From positions 89,619-153,618 of the forward strand of contig PXYW01000002.1 in the NCBI GenBank assembly GCA_003023695.1: DNA of 64,000 nt, given 5' to 3'. The notes beneath the pieces are model-generated. The model did no database searches and was not told the origin of the DNA. It saw only the letters and a list, made by a program, of their open reading frames with translations. The DNA comes from Sulfobacillus benefaciens (GTDB taxonomy: Bacteria > Bacillota > Sulfobacillia > Sulfobacillales > Sulfobacillaceae). The position numbers were made by a program, and so were the translations under genes. Shown here one piece after another: positions 1 through 9,318 of this stretch (position 1 is the first letter of the stretch; each line of letters opens with the position of its first letter).

Positions 1-281
1 ACCACGTTGCCTTGATATGTCGCTAGTGATGCCACATCGGGCACGATTTGCCCAGTACTGGTTTCCGACAGCAATGGTTCAAAAACATTGTCGTCAACTT
101 GCCACTCTGACGGGGTATGAGCCAATGCAGGGTCCAGATTAGTCGGCATTGACCAAATAGCTTCCACCAACGTGGCCTGTGAAGGAGCAGGTTCGATCAC
201 TTGAGGTTTCGGAGCATTAATCAAAAGCGCCGGCACCAAAGCCAGCCCTAGCAAGATCCATGGCCAGACACGAATATTCAT
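1..281 (-). CDS. ABC transporter substrate-binding protein, family 5 (peptide/nickel type), N-terminal part; gene continues beyond the window
   Basis: Absent from the ORF track because it runs off the window. The minus-strand ATG at 281..279 overlaps the TAA of the upstream 63-aa ORF (TAATG). Translation reads MNIRVWPWILLGLALVPALLINAPKPQ (signal-peptide-like), then ...LVEAIWSMPTNLDPALAH...DNVFEPLL, which resembles SBP family 5 N-termini. Confidence 0.55.
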   Translation of the reverse strand, partial: MNIRVWPWILLGLALVPALLINAPKPQVIEPAPSQATLVEAIWSMPTNLDPALAHTPSEWQVDDNVFEPLLSETSTGQIVPDVASLATYQGNV

Positions 282-472
282 TAGGCTCGTTTCCCTGGTA
301 GCTTCTCCAATTGCTGTGGCGTGAGATCCTTTTCCGAAATGATGTCCAACTTAATTTTCCCTTCTAACGGGACGACTTCAATCTCACCACGAATTCCCAT
401 CTTATGCCACAATAGAGTGACTGCTTGATCGGCCTCCTCGCGCGATTCCAGAACGAGACTAAATTGTTGCAT
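281..472 (-). CDS. small hypothetical protein (63 aa)
   Basis: The ATG at 472 lies 3 nt after the mutM stop and is preceded by GGAGGG inside the mutM 3' end. Its stop overlaps the next ATG. I recognise no family. Confidence 0.5.
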   Translation of the reverse strand: MQQFSLVLESREEADQAVTLLWHKMGIRGEIEVVPLEGKIKLDIISEKDLTPQQLEKLPGKRA

Positions 473-475
473 GGT

Positions 476-1318
476 TTAACCCTCCAGATCTTCCAGCATT
501 GGTTGGCAATACTGGCAAAAGTGACTTGTTCGTGCGTGAATCACTATACTATGAATCGGACTGCCGCATTTCAGACAAGGCTGCCCCAATCGCCCATAGA
601 CCGCCAGGTACTCTTGATTTTGCCCCGGGTGTCCTAACGCGTCGACATAATCAGAAAATGAGGTACCGCGATTAGCAATGCTCGTGCGCAATACCCGCCG
701 GATTGACCGCACTAAGCGATTTGCCGATCTAAGAGAAATCGTAGACCCTGGTGCCAGCGGGTGAATGCCTGCGCCAAACAGGGCCTCATCCACATAAATA
801 TTTCCCAATCCAGCCACTAACGATTGGTCCAGTAGCAACGATTTAATGGGTGATTTTCGACCCTTTAGCCGATCGACCAAATATTGAGCTGTGAAAGCGC
901 GTCCTAGAGGTTCTGGTCCTAAATGAAGCGTGCGATCGGTGTCGAATTCCATAAAATACCCAATCCGGCCAAACCGCCTAGGATCTACCAGCCGAAGCTC
1001 CATATCCTCCCTAAGCTCTAGGACCAAATGAGTGTGAATGCGCCAAGGATTAGTTTTAGGTTCCACCACTAATCGCCCACTCATTCCAAGGTGAATGACC
1101 AATGCTGACTTGTCAAAAAATCGCATGACCAAATATTTGCCGCGACGTCCCATCGATTGTACCACAAGGCCCGGCAAACGATGGGCAATAGACTCGGCTG
1201 AGACCGTGCCCATTTTTACCATACGCGCATCCAAATGCTCGACAGAAATCACCGGATGATTAGGCAAAATGGCATTCAAGTACGTTCTAATGGTTTCCAC
1301 TTCCGGTAATTCAGGCAA
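476..1318 (-). CDS. mutM: formamidopyrimidine-DNA glycosylase
   Basis: Has the N-terminal (M)PELPEVET with catalytic Pro2 and a C-terminal four-Cys zinc finger (CLKCGSPI...HFCQYCQ). Uses a TTG start directly after the polA stop. Confidence 0.93.
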   Translation of the reverse strand: MPELPEVETIRTYLNAILPNHPVISVEHLDARMVKMGTVSAESIAHRLPGLVVQSMGRRGKYLVMRFFDKSALVIHLGMSGRLVVEPKTNPWRIHTHLVLELREDMELRLVDPRRFGRIGYFMEFDTDRTLHLGPEPLGRAFTAQYLVDRLKGRKSPIKSLLLDQSLVAGLGNIYVDEALFGAGIHPLAPGSTISLRSANRLVRSIRRVLRTSIANRGTSFSDYVDALGHPGQNQEYLAVYGRLGQPCLKCGSPIHSIVIHARTSHFCQYCQPMLEDLEG

Positions 1319-1324
1319 CGATAA

Positions 1325-3850
1325 TCACCGCGTTCGATCCAGTTTTGTCATCAGTTCCCAGTTTTTTCCTACCTTGAATTCAACAACCAGTGGTACTTGC
1401 AAGTTTAACGCATGAATCATATGGTTTTCAGCGATTTGGGTCAAGGTATCAATCTCACTGGGCATCGCATCCCAAATTAATTCATCATGCACTTGCAACA
1501 CCATGCGGCTTTCCAATTGTTGATCATCCAAAGCCCGCTGAATGCGGATCATGGCAATTTTAATTAAATCTGCTGCGCTCCCTTGAATTGCCGTATTCAT
1601 TGCCATGCGCTCGGCATATTGGCGCCGGGCCCGATTTTTGCTCTGGATATCCGGCAATGGCCGAATACGCCCCATAATTGTTGATACCTGTCCCGTTTTT
1701 CTAGCCTCTTCAATAATACCGTCAAAGTATTGTTTCAAGCCTGGGTACCGGGAAAAGTATTTGGCAATGTACTCTTTGGCTTCATTGCGCGATACCCCGG
1801 TATCGCGGGCTAAGCCAAAATCAGAGATTCCATAAACAATTCCAAAATTGACTGCTTTGGCTCGATTGCGCCAGACAGGATCGACAGCTTCCATCGGCAA
1901 TCCAAAGATTTCCGCCGCGGTCCGCCGATGAATGTCTTCCCCTTCTAAAAACGCCTCAATGAGGTTTTTGTCACCAGACAAATGCGCCAACATGCGAAGT
2001 TCAATTTGCGAATAGTCTGCTGCCAATAATTCACGCGCAGGCGACGGAATGAATACAGCCCGTACTTGACGGCCCAACGGCAACCGCACTGGAATATTTT
2101 GCAAATTCGGATCGCTTGACGACAATCGGCCGGTGGCGGCCACCGTTTGATGGAACGTTGTATGAATACGACCATCAGGGGCAATCAGCGGCAGCATCCC
2201 CTCCACATAGGTCCCTTGGATCTTCATGTGCTGTCGATACAGCAAAACCTTCTCAACCAACGGATGCAAAGGCGCCAAAGATTCTAAGGTCTCGGCATCC
2301 GTAGAATATCCCGTCTTCGTTTTTTTCATCGTCGGCAAGTTCAGCTTATTAAATAAAATATCCCCCAATTGAGCAGGCGAATTAATATTGAACACCGTGC
2401 CAGCCAATTGATAAATTTCCGTTTGCAAATTCGCAACGGCCTCTTCCAGTTGCCGGCCGAGTTCCCTAAGCCGGTTCGCATCGACATTGACGCCTGTCGC
2501 TTCCATGCGAGCCAAAATCACCGCTAAGGGTAATTCAATGTCTCGATATAGTGGCGTCAAATCCTTTGCTGCCAACTCTTCCCTTTGTTTTCCTAGAATT
2601 GCCTCAATCATCGGCAAGACGATTTCCGGACGATCACTCACAGTAAATCCGTAATGCGGCGCGATATCTGACAATTCATAACTCGACCGCTCAGAGTTCA
2701 GTAAATACGCCTGAATCTTACCATCTTCTAAAACCGTAGGAAGTATCGCGCCGGCTTCCAAAGCATGGCGTAAAATGTTCTTACTGGCCCACGTAAAAAT
2801 CCGCAACTGTGGTGGCATCTTGTCCCAAGACACCTGTCCATAATGATGCGTCGTGGGATCCATGGCCCAAAGTTCCCCCTGCTGGTTCATCCATAGTACC
2901 CAGTCGTTCGTGTTTAATGGCATCGTTCCAGGTATTGCCGGATCCACCAGGTGTTTTACTTCGGCATCAACCGGAGGTTGCGGTTCGGATTCTCCAATCC
3001 GGCGCCTTATGCCCGCTAATTGATAGCGATCTAATAACAGAAGCAACGCATCGGTGACAGGCAGCCGAAATGGTTCCTCCACTTCTGGCCACCCAATGGG
3101 AGCATTGACCACAATGGTCGCCAGCTCTTTCGATTGTCGCGCTTCGGCCTCATGGCCAGCCAATGCTTTTTGCCACCGGGTATTGGTGATTTCGCCTAAG
3201 TTTCGGAAAATCGTATCAATGTCGTGGAATTGGTCGAGCAAGGCTAGCGCAGATTTTTGACCAATTCCTGCAACTCCAGGGATATTATCGGACGCATCAC
3301 CCATAAGCCCTTTAAGATCTGGCACCTGACTCGGATCCACACCCATTTTCTTACGCACCGCTAGACTATCCATACGCTCAATCTCAGTGATGCCGATCCG
3401 CGATGTCAAAAGCACTTGGATTTGATTATCCACCAACTGCAATAAGTCGCGGTCCCCAGTCACAATTTTTGTAATGTACTGGTGCTGTTTTCCCATGTGA
3501 GCTAATGTTCCCAAAATATCATCAGCTTCGTATCCAGGCAATATCATTACGGGGATGGCCATGGACTGAAGTATCTCTTGAGCTATGGTGACTTGTTGAC
3601 GGAAATCCTCTGGACTTTCTGCGCGAGTCGCCTTATAGTCGGCGAATTGGTCATGGCGAAAGGTCTTGACCGGAGCATCAAATACCACCACAACGCGGTC
3701 TGGTTGCTCTGCGTCGATGACCTTAAGCAACATGCTGAAAAATCCATGAATGGCTCCAGTGGGTATCCCCTCCGACGTCGTTAAAGGGGGCAACGCGTGG
3801 TAAGCACGATACAAGAGACTATGTCCGTCGATCAGTAGCTGGGTGGGCAT
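1325..3850 (-). CDS. polA: DNA polymerase I
   Basis: 5' nuclease N-terminus (LLIDGHSLLYRAYHA) and polymerase motifs (DYSQIELR, QVHDELI). I moved the start from the ORF-track 3997 to the ATG at 3850 (MPTQLLIDG), which is preceded by GGAG. Confidence 0.95.
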   Translation of the reverse strand: MPTQLLIDGHSLLYRAYHALPPLTTSEGIPTGAIHGFFSMLLKVIDAEQPDRVVVVFDAPVKTFRHDQFADYKATRAESPEDFRQQVTIAQEILQSMAIPVMILPGYEADDILGTLAHMGKQHQYITKIVTGDRDLLQLVDNQIQVLLTSRIGITEIERMDSLAVRKKMGVDPSQVPDLKGLMGDASDNIPGVAGIGQKSALALLDQFHDIDTIFRNLGEITNTRWQKALAGHEAEARQSKELATIVVNAPIGWPEVEEPFRLPVTDALLLLLDRYQLAGIRRRIGESEPQPPVDAEVKHLVDPAIPGTMPLNTNDWVLWMNQQGELWAMDPTTHHYGQVSWDKMPPQLRIFTWASKNILRHALEAGAILPTVLEDGKIQAYLLNSERSSYELSDIAPHYGFTVSDRPEIVLPMIEAILGKQREELAAKDLTPLYRDIELPLAVILARMEATGVNVDANRLRELGRQLEEAVANLQTEIYQLAGTVFNINSPAQLGDILFNKLNLPTMKKTKTGYSTDAETLESLAPLHPLVEKVLLYRQHMKIQGTYVEGMLPLIAPDGRIHTTFHQTVAATGRLSSSDPNLQNIPVRLPLGRQVRAVFIPSPARELLAADYSQIELRMLAHLSGDKNLIEAFLEGEDIHRRTAAEIFGLPMEAVDPVWRNRAKAVNFGIVYGISDFGLARDTGVSRNEAKEYIAKYFSRYPGLKQYFDGIIEEARKTGQVSTIMGRIRPLPDIQSKNRARRQYAERMAMNTAIQGSAADLIKIAMIRIQRALDDQQLESRMVLQVHDELIWDAMPSEIDTLTQIAENHMIHALNLQVPLVVEFKVGKNWELMTKLDRTR

Positions 3851-3952
3851 CGTTGGGGCTCCTTCAATGATATAGTCTATGGTAACAAGATTTAACCAGA
3901 TCAACAAGAAAACCCATCGAGTCGATGGGAACTTGGAGGAGGCCTGTTTTTC

Positions 3953-4642
3953 ATGTCGCGATGGATGTTTATACACGGAGCTGCATCCAATCATCATACT
4001 TGGGCCCGGCAGCGCCGTTTGGGATGGGATGTATGGATGGGAGATCTTCCTACTTTAAATCACACTGCACCCCGCTACCTCATAGACCACTTGGCCGATT
4101 GGTGCTTAAGTCAATTGACAGAACCGGCAATCGTCGTAGGGCATTCGATGGGTGGCGCCATCGCGCAGACGATGGCGCTAAAAAATCCAAAAAGTATTTT
4201 AGCCCTGGTGTTAGTGGGCACCGGACCCCATCTACCGGTAAATTCTCAGCTTCTGGATCTGTTGGCTAATGATCACATCCAGGCACTGGAAAAAATTGCA
4301 CGTTGGTCCATCAGTAAAAAGTCAGATCCCAAGCTACTGGAAGTCAGCATTGAGATGGCCAAAACGGTGTCTAAGGATAGAGCGTTGCAGGAATTCACTG
4401 CCTGTCAATTTTTTGACGCCAGACCGCAGTTGCAGAAAATTTCGTGTCCTGTATATTTAGTCCGCGCAACCGACGACAAGATGACACCCACCGCATTATC
4501 TGATGAATTTTTAATAGCGTGGCCCGACATGCCGGTGTTCGATATTGCCGATGCCGGACATTTAATGATGTTAGAACAACCCGAAAAATTTAACACGATA
4601 TTGGACACTATAAGAATAGCGATAAAGGAGAAGGGGGTGTAA
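3953..4642 (+). CDS. alpha/beta-fold hydrolase
   Basis: Nucleophile elbow GHSMGG, late Asp (ATDDKM) and C-terminal GH (DAGHLMMLEQPEKF), typical of the alpha/beta hydrolase-1/6 fold. Confidence 0.8.
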   Translation: MSRWMFIHGAASNHHTWARQRRLGWDVWMGDLPTLNHTAPRYLIDHLADWCLSQLTEPAIVVGHSMGGAIAQTMALKNPKSILALVLVGTGPHLPVNSQLLDLLANDHIQALEKIARWSISKKSDPKLLEVSIEMAKTVSKDRALQEFTACQFFDARPQLQKISCPVYLVRATDDKMTPTALSDEFLIAWPDMPVFDIADAGHLMMLEQPEKFNTILDTIRIAIKEKGV

Positions 4643-4681
4643 CTGTCGCGTACCACCCTAAAGCAAGCCATTGCCGGCAAC

Positions 4682-4921
4682 TTGATGCAATTTAGCTGGA
4701 TCAGTCTCGCTATTGCCGACGGCGAACTGTTGGCGGCAATGATGGGATATCATCTTCCTGTGGTCCAAGGATTCCTTGCAGCTTTGCTTTCCTGGAGTCT
4801 ATTTACTCTTTCGCGCAGCGTAGTTAAAGAAATTTCCTCGCCATCGAAATATTATCTGGGAACTTTGGGAGTCACAATAATTACCGGATCACTACTCTGG
4901 TTGACCACCACCGTTATGTGA
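4682..4921 (+). CDS. small hydrophobic protein (79 aa), hypothetical
   Basis: ORF with two or three hydrophobic segments and a TTG start. No family recognised. Confidence 0.35.
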   Translation: MMQFSWISLAIADGELLAAMMGYHLPVVQGFLAALLSWSLFTLSRSVVKEISSPSKYYLGTLGVTIITGSLLWLTTTVM

Positions 4922-4928
4922 CCGCCAT

Positions 4929-4957
4929 CAAAAACGAGGAGCCAAATTAGGCTCCTC
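4929..4957 (-). terminator. Rho-independent terminator downstream of tRNA-Leu
   Basis: Perfect 8-bp stem GAGGAGCC/GGCTCCTC (4936-4943 and 4950-4957) with a 6-nt loop, followed on the minus strand by GTTTTTG. Confidence 0.7.
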
Positions 4958-4967
4958 TCAAAAAATT

Positions 4968-5055
4968 TGGTGCCGAAGGCCGGACTTGAACCGGCACGTG
5001 GGATCACCACACGCGATTTTGAGTCGCGCGCGTCTGCCTATTCCGCCACTTCGGC
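4968..5055 (-). tRNA. tRNA-Leu (anticodon CAA)
   Basis: The reverse complement folds as a cloverleaf. Acceptor stem GCCGAAG/CTTCGGC plus A-CCA; anticodon stem CGCGA/TCGCG with loop CTCAAAA (CAA); long variable arm; T-arm GCCGG-TTCAAGT-CCGGC. Length 88 nt. Confidence 0.9.
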
Positions 5056-5222
5056 GCCGACTTCGTTAGTATATCAGGTTCAACGCGGAGATTCAACCCT
5101 GCGATTTGCCTCATAAAAAAGTACTCGAAACGCTTTCGTTGCCTCAGTAAAAAATGTACTCAAAAAAGGAGTGCTATGATGGCAACGCGAAATTTGCGGC
5201 ATCACCTTCCGGAGGATTCTTC

Positions 5223-5716
5223 GAGAGGGTCCACGCAAACATCTCCGCGGGCAGCCCCGCCATCATAAGAACCCAGGTCAATTTCGAGAGAGCCCGGTTG
5301 CGTGGCATCGTCCCCTTCGACCCAGGTTCACACCGGAATTTGATGTTTGAGCAGAGTCCCCGGCTTGGTGCCAGTGCGCCCTTTGATCTCCAAGCGCCGC
5401 TTGGCGGCGAGAAACCGGTCAATCGAAGCGGCACTCATGGCGAGGAGTTGGGTGTGCTCCAAGCGGGCGACCAGATCCGGCAAAATAGGCTGAAGCGCTT
5501 GGGACATAAACCTTTGCCCTTATCTAGCAATATCATGCCCCGCGAGGCCCCGGGTCCAGCGATCAATGACTTGTCTAGAATTAGGGGGTTAAACCGCTCG
5601 GCACGGGCCGTGCGCAAAGCCCGGGCCGCATAGGCGCGATCGTACTGACATAACGATTGGACTTGATCGAGTATTTGAGACCGTTCGTTCTTAGCGGCTT
5701 TCCGGTACCGCGACAT
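5223..5716 (-). pseudogene. transposase pseudogene, inverted 5' segment (N-terminal ~165 codons)
   Basis: Minus strand from ATG 5716: MSRYRKAAKNERSQILDQVQSLCQYDRAYAARALR... In shifted frames it continues ...LPDLVARLEHTQLLAMSAASIDRFLAAKRRLEIKGRTGTKPGTLLKHQIPV*..., ending ...FAWTLS. Confidence 0.7.
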
Positions 5717-6155
5717 GGTCGATATTCTCACCGGCTGGAACGAAACCGGTGCCCTGCCCAACAAAGCCCGTAAGTGGGTCGTGGACGCCCTCGACGCACA
5801 TCGTCACCAGTTCCCTTCCCCATCCGGGGCATCGATTCCGACAATGGCAGTGAATTTATCAACCATCACTTGGTGGCGTGGTGTGACCCACCACATCACG
5901 TTCACGCGCTCGCGCGTCTATCACAAGAATGATGGCTGTTATGTCGAGAAGAAAAACTGGACGGTCGTCCGGCGCTTCGTGGGCTACGCGCGCTATGAGG
6001 GATCGGCGCCAGTGGCGTGGCTCAATGCGCTCTATGCAACCCTGCGTCTTTACACGAATTTTTTCCATTCGGAATGGGGGCACTATCCTCTCCGTCGAGG
6101 AACAAAAAGCCTTCCAAACGATTTGGAGTCGCCTGGCCAGCCCCTAGGGCTCTGA
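5717..6155 (+). pseudogene. transposase pseudogene, 3' segment (catalytic core, frameshifted)
   Basis: VDILTGWNETGALPNKA... The DDE block GIDSDNGSEFINHHLVAWC is readable only in the +2 frame relative to the open ORF. The original frame then resumes with ITFTRSRVYHKNDGCYVEKKNW. Confidence 0.7.
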
Positions 6156-6391
6156 TTCATTCACGTGTATGATATGATTCCCGTACGTTTAAGTACTTTT
6201 ATTTGTAAGGGAAGACACCCTGCTGCAATAATGAAATAGCCATGACTCTATTCTAGAGCCATGGCTATGTTTGGAATCCGATCCCTCAACCAATTCCGCG
6301 GCACGGCCTCAATCCATTCCGTGCGTCCCGTCAGTTAACATAATGTCACACCTGGTAGTGTTTGTCACTACAGACTCCCGTTACAGAAAAC

Positions 6392-6964
6392 TTACCTAAA
6401 CTTACTTATTGTCCTAATGATTTCCCAGACGTCTTGCGTCAATTCATCCTCGTAGCGGGTGTCTTCGGACTGTTTGACGATCACCACTTCGGTTTGAAAT
6501 TCTTCACAAATAGCAAACACCAATTCTCCACCAAACCGCAACAACCGATCTCGATGGGTAATGACGAGCCGTTCCACATCATTCCGCATAATCCGTTGTA
6601 ATAGTGCCCTCAAACCTTTTTTGTGATAATTCATCCCCGATCCACAATCGCGGATGACCTCGTGCGTCCAGCCATTTTTCGTGCAAAACTCGGATAACAC
6701 CATCGCCTGTCGTGCCAAGTCGGCTTTCTGGTCGTGACTCGACACCCGTACATATGCGAGGGTCACACGATCCGTTTGAGGTAAAGGATGGACGGTCATT
6801 TGCATTAACTCTTCAGACCGATACCGACGATGCCCATCGGGTGTGCGTTCCGGTTTCTGACGCCCTTCTGCTTCCCATCGACGCATCGTACTTTTTGATA
6901 CCCCTAAAATTTTTGCAGTGTCTTCTACAGTTAATAACATATCTAAGGGATACGACAACAACAT
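6392..6964 (-). CDS. tnpA: IS607-family serine recombinase transposase TnpA, C-terminally shortened; no tnpB partner
   Basis: MerR-like HTH (LLTVEDTAKILGVSKSTMRRWEAEG) followed by a resolvase catalytic domain (AYVRVSSHDQKADLARQ). It ends ...WEIIRTISKFR, where family members usually continue. The probable start is the internal Met at 6940. Confidence 0.75.
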   Translation of the reverse strand: MLLSYPLDMLLTVEDTAKILGVSKSTMRRWEAEGRQKPERTPDGHRRYRSEELMQMTVHPLPQTDRVTLAYVRVSSHDQKADLARQAMVLSEFCTKNGWTHEVIRDCGSGMNYHKKGLRALLQRIMRNDVERLVITHRDRLLRFGGELVFAICEEFQTEVVIVKQSEDTRYEDELTQDVWEIIRTISKFR

Positions 6965-7236
6965 GATTCAAAGAAGAACCAGTAGTATTTTAGTTGCTGT
7001 TTATACCCCCTTTTCTCTACGATGGGTTTCGTGACGATCCGCTTACCATAGTCTGGGGAATGACTTATGGCTTACCGCGGAATATAGTTGATTCACAAGA
7101 TTTGCAGTCTCTTTACCAGCATCTGATTATTTCTCAAGCGCGGTGTCCCCCACATAAACGGACAAGTGATAAGATTTTGAGTAATTAAACCCTGTTTCAA
7201 CAGGTAACGAATTGCGAAAAGGTTGGTGAAAACCTA

Positions 7237-9234
7237 ATGAACTCCATCACTGATGGTCAAATTTTGTGGGAGCCTTCAGATGCCTGGATCCAAAACACAC
7301 GCATCGTCCAATACATGAAATGGCTGCAAGAGACCAAACAGATTCGCACCGGAGATTACAACAGCTTATGGCAATGGTCCGTGGACAACCTTGACGCCTT
7401 TTGGCAATCGATTTGGGATTATTTTGGAGTGCAGTCTTCTTCGCCTTACAATGATGTATTAAATAGCCACGCAATGCCGGGTACCCGGTGGTTTGAAGGC
7501 GCCGAAATTAATTGGACAGAATACTTATTTCGCCAATCGCCAGGTCATGGGTCTGCTGTCTACGCCTACTCAGAAACGCGTCCCCCGTCAATCCTAAGCT
7601 GGCAGGACTTAAAACGCCAGACCGGCGCCTTGGTAGCCACGCTGCGTGATTTAGGGGTTAAGCCAGGAGACCGTGTAGCAGGTTATCTTCCCAACATCAG
7701 TGAGACACTGATTGCATTTTTGGCCTGTGCCAGCGTCGGAGCCATTTGGTCCACGTGCTCCCCTGACTTTGGCAGCGCTAGCGCTATTGCGCGTTTTCGT
7801 CAAATTGATCCAAAGGTGCTTCTGGCGGTCGATGGCTACCGCTATAACGGGACTGCTCATGATAGACGTTTCATGCTCGAATCTTTGCAAGACGCCATGC
7901 CATCTCTAGAATCCACCATCTTAGTCCCATATCTAAATCCGGCGGCGTCGGCATGGGGCCGAACCAAAGGGCACACTCTTTTTTGGCAGGACATCATGAC
8001 CCGGTCAGACACCTGGGCTTGTACAAAGGTGCCGTTCAACCACCCGCTCTGGGTGCTGTACTCCTCTGGTACCACCGGATTGCCTAAAGCTATCGTTCAT
8101 AGCCAAGGCGGCATACTTCTCACGCAACTAGTCATGATGAGCTTGCATCTAAATCTTAAGCCAGGTGACCGTGCATTTTGGTTTACAACCACAGGCTGGG
8201 TAATGTGGAATGCCGTTGTCGGATTCCTACTGACCGGTTCAGCCATTGTGCTTTATGATGGCAGTCCATTCTATCCATCTCCCGAGATCTTATGGAAGAT
8301 GGCAGAAGAAACCGGAATGACCTACTTTGGAACCAGTCCCGCATATTTAGGGGCTTTGGCCAAAGCAGGACTTGAACCTGGTCGCGACCATGACTTATCA
8401 CATCTCGTTGCCATGGGCAGTACGGGGTCTCCTCTAACTTCCGAACTCTATCAGTGGGTATATGAACACATCAAATCCGACATTTGGCTAGGACCTATTA
8501 GCGGTGGAACAGACATTGCAGCGGCCTTCGTCGGAAGTTGCCCCATTCTTCCCGTGCGCGCAGGCGCGATGCAATGCCGCGCCCTGGGCGTTAAGGTTGA
8601 ATCCTTCGATGAACAGGGGCATTCCATAGTCGACCAAGTGGGGGAACTCGTGGTCACCGAGCCCATGCCGTCAATGCCACTTTATTTGTGGAACGATCCC
8701 GATGGCACCCGTTATCGGCAAAGTTATTTTGAAACGTTTCCTGGGATTTGGCACCATGGAGACTGGCTCAAAATTGCTTCTGATGGGTCTGCAGTTATTT
8801 ATGGCCGTTCCGACTCGACCATCAACCGGCAAGGGGTACGGATGGGATCGAGTGAAATTTATCGTGCAGTGGAGGCACTTCCTGAAATCGCAGACAGTCT
8901 CATCGTAGATCTCGAGTACTTAGGACGGCCATCCTTTATGCCCTTGTTTGTAGTCTTGGCACCAGGAAATCAGCTGACCCCAGAGTTGCAAGACAAGATC
9001 CGCTTGACCATCCGGGACCAGGTGTCCCCCCGCCACATTCCAGACGCAATTTATGCGATTCCTGAGGTGCCACGCACGTTAAATGGCAAAAAGCTTGAAG
9101 TGCCCATTCGAAAACTGCTGATGGGTTTCCCAAAGGAAAAATCTGTAGATCCGGATGCTATGGCCAACCCTGGCAGCCTACAGTTTTTCTTGGCACTAGC
9201 CCATGAGCTGGGACAGCAAAACGACCAAACCTGA
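7237..9234 (+). CDS. acetoacetyl-CoA synthetase (AMP-forming acyl-CoA ligase)
   Basis: 665 aa. The N-terminus ILWEPS...YMKWL...Y..LWQWSV.N.D.FW is typical of acetoacetate-CoA ligases. AMP-binding motif YSSGTTGLPKAIVHS. Confidence 0.85.
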   Translation: MNSITDGQILWEPSDAWIQNTRIVQYMKWLQETKQIRTGDYNSLWQWSVDNLDAFWQSIWDYFGVQSSSPYNDVLNSHAMPGTRWFEGAEINWTEYLFRQSPGHGSAVYAYSETRPPSILSWQDLKRQTGALVATLRDLGVKPGDRVAGYLPNISETLIAFLACASVGAIWSTCSPDFGSASAIARFRQIDPKVLLAVDGYRYNGTAHDRRFMLESLQDAMPSLESTILVPYLNPAASAWGRTKGHTLFWQDIMTRSDTWACTKVPFNHPLWVLYSSGTTGLPKAIVHSQGGILLTQLVMMSLHLNLKPGDRAFWFTTTGWVMWNAVVGFLLTGSAIVLYDGSPFYPSPEILWKMAEETGMTYFGTSPAYLGALAKAGLEPGRDHDLSHLVAMGSTGSPLTSELYQWVYEHIKSDIWLGPISGGTDIAAAFVGSCPILPVRAGAMQCRALGVKVESFDEQGHSIVDQVGELVVTEPMPSMPLYLWNDPDGTRYRQSYFETFPGIWHHGDWLKIASDGSAVIYGRSDSTINRQGVRMGSSEIYRAVEALPEIADSLIVDLEYLGRPSFMPLFVVLAPGNQLTPELQDKIRLTIRDQVSPRHIPDAIYAIPEVPRTLNGKKLEVPIRKLLMGFPKEKSVDPDAMANPGSLQFFLALAHELGQQNDQT

Positions 9235-9255
9235 CCGTTGGGTGAGATTTTTGGC

Positions 9256-9289
9256 GTTCGGGAGCAGCCTAATCTGCTCCCGAACTTTT
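9256..9289. terminator. hairpin terminator between convergent genes
   Basis: 12-bp stem GTTCGGGAGCAG/CTGCTCCCGAAC with a 6-nt loop, then TTTT. Confidence 0.75.
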
Positions 9290-9318
9290 AGGAGATCATG
9301 ACAATGTACGCGGAGCCT

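Larger units (their letters stand above)
5115..6200 (+). mobile_element. degenerate IS element with an rve (integrase-core) DDE transposase, ISNCY-like, carrying an internal inversion
   Basis: Imperfect terminal inverted repeats: AAAAGTACTCGAAACG at 5117-5132 versus the reverse complement of 6182-6200 (AAAAGTACTTAAACG...). The transposase coding sequence between them is split over both strands and frameshifted. Confidence 0.7.

Noticed and set aside
3851-3997. 49-codon N-terminal extension of the polA ORF (MMIGCSSVYKHPSRHEK...)
   Set aside because: The conserved 5'-nuclease N-terminus begins at MPTQLLIDG (ATG 3850), which has its own GGAG. The extension would also run into the divergent hydrolase gene's promoter region.
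5154-5633. 159-aa plus-strand ORF and 86-aa minus-strand ORF (5174..5434) as separate genes
   Set aside because: Both lie within the inverted, frameshifted 5' segment of the transposase pseudogene. The plus-strand ORF is antisense shadow.
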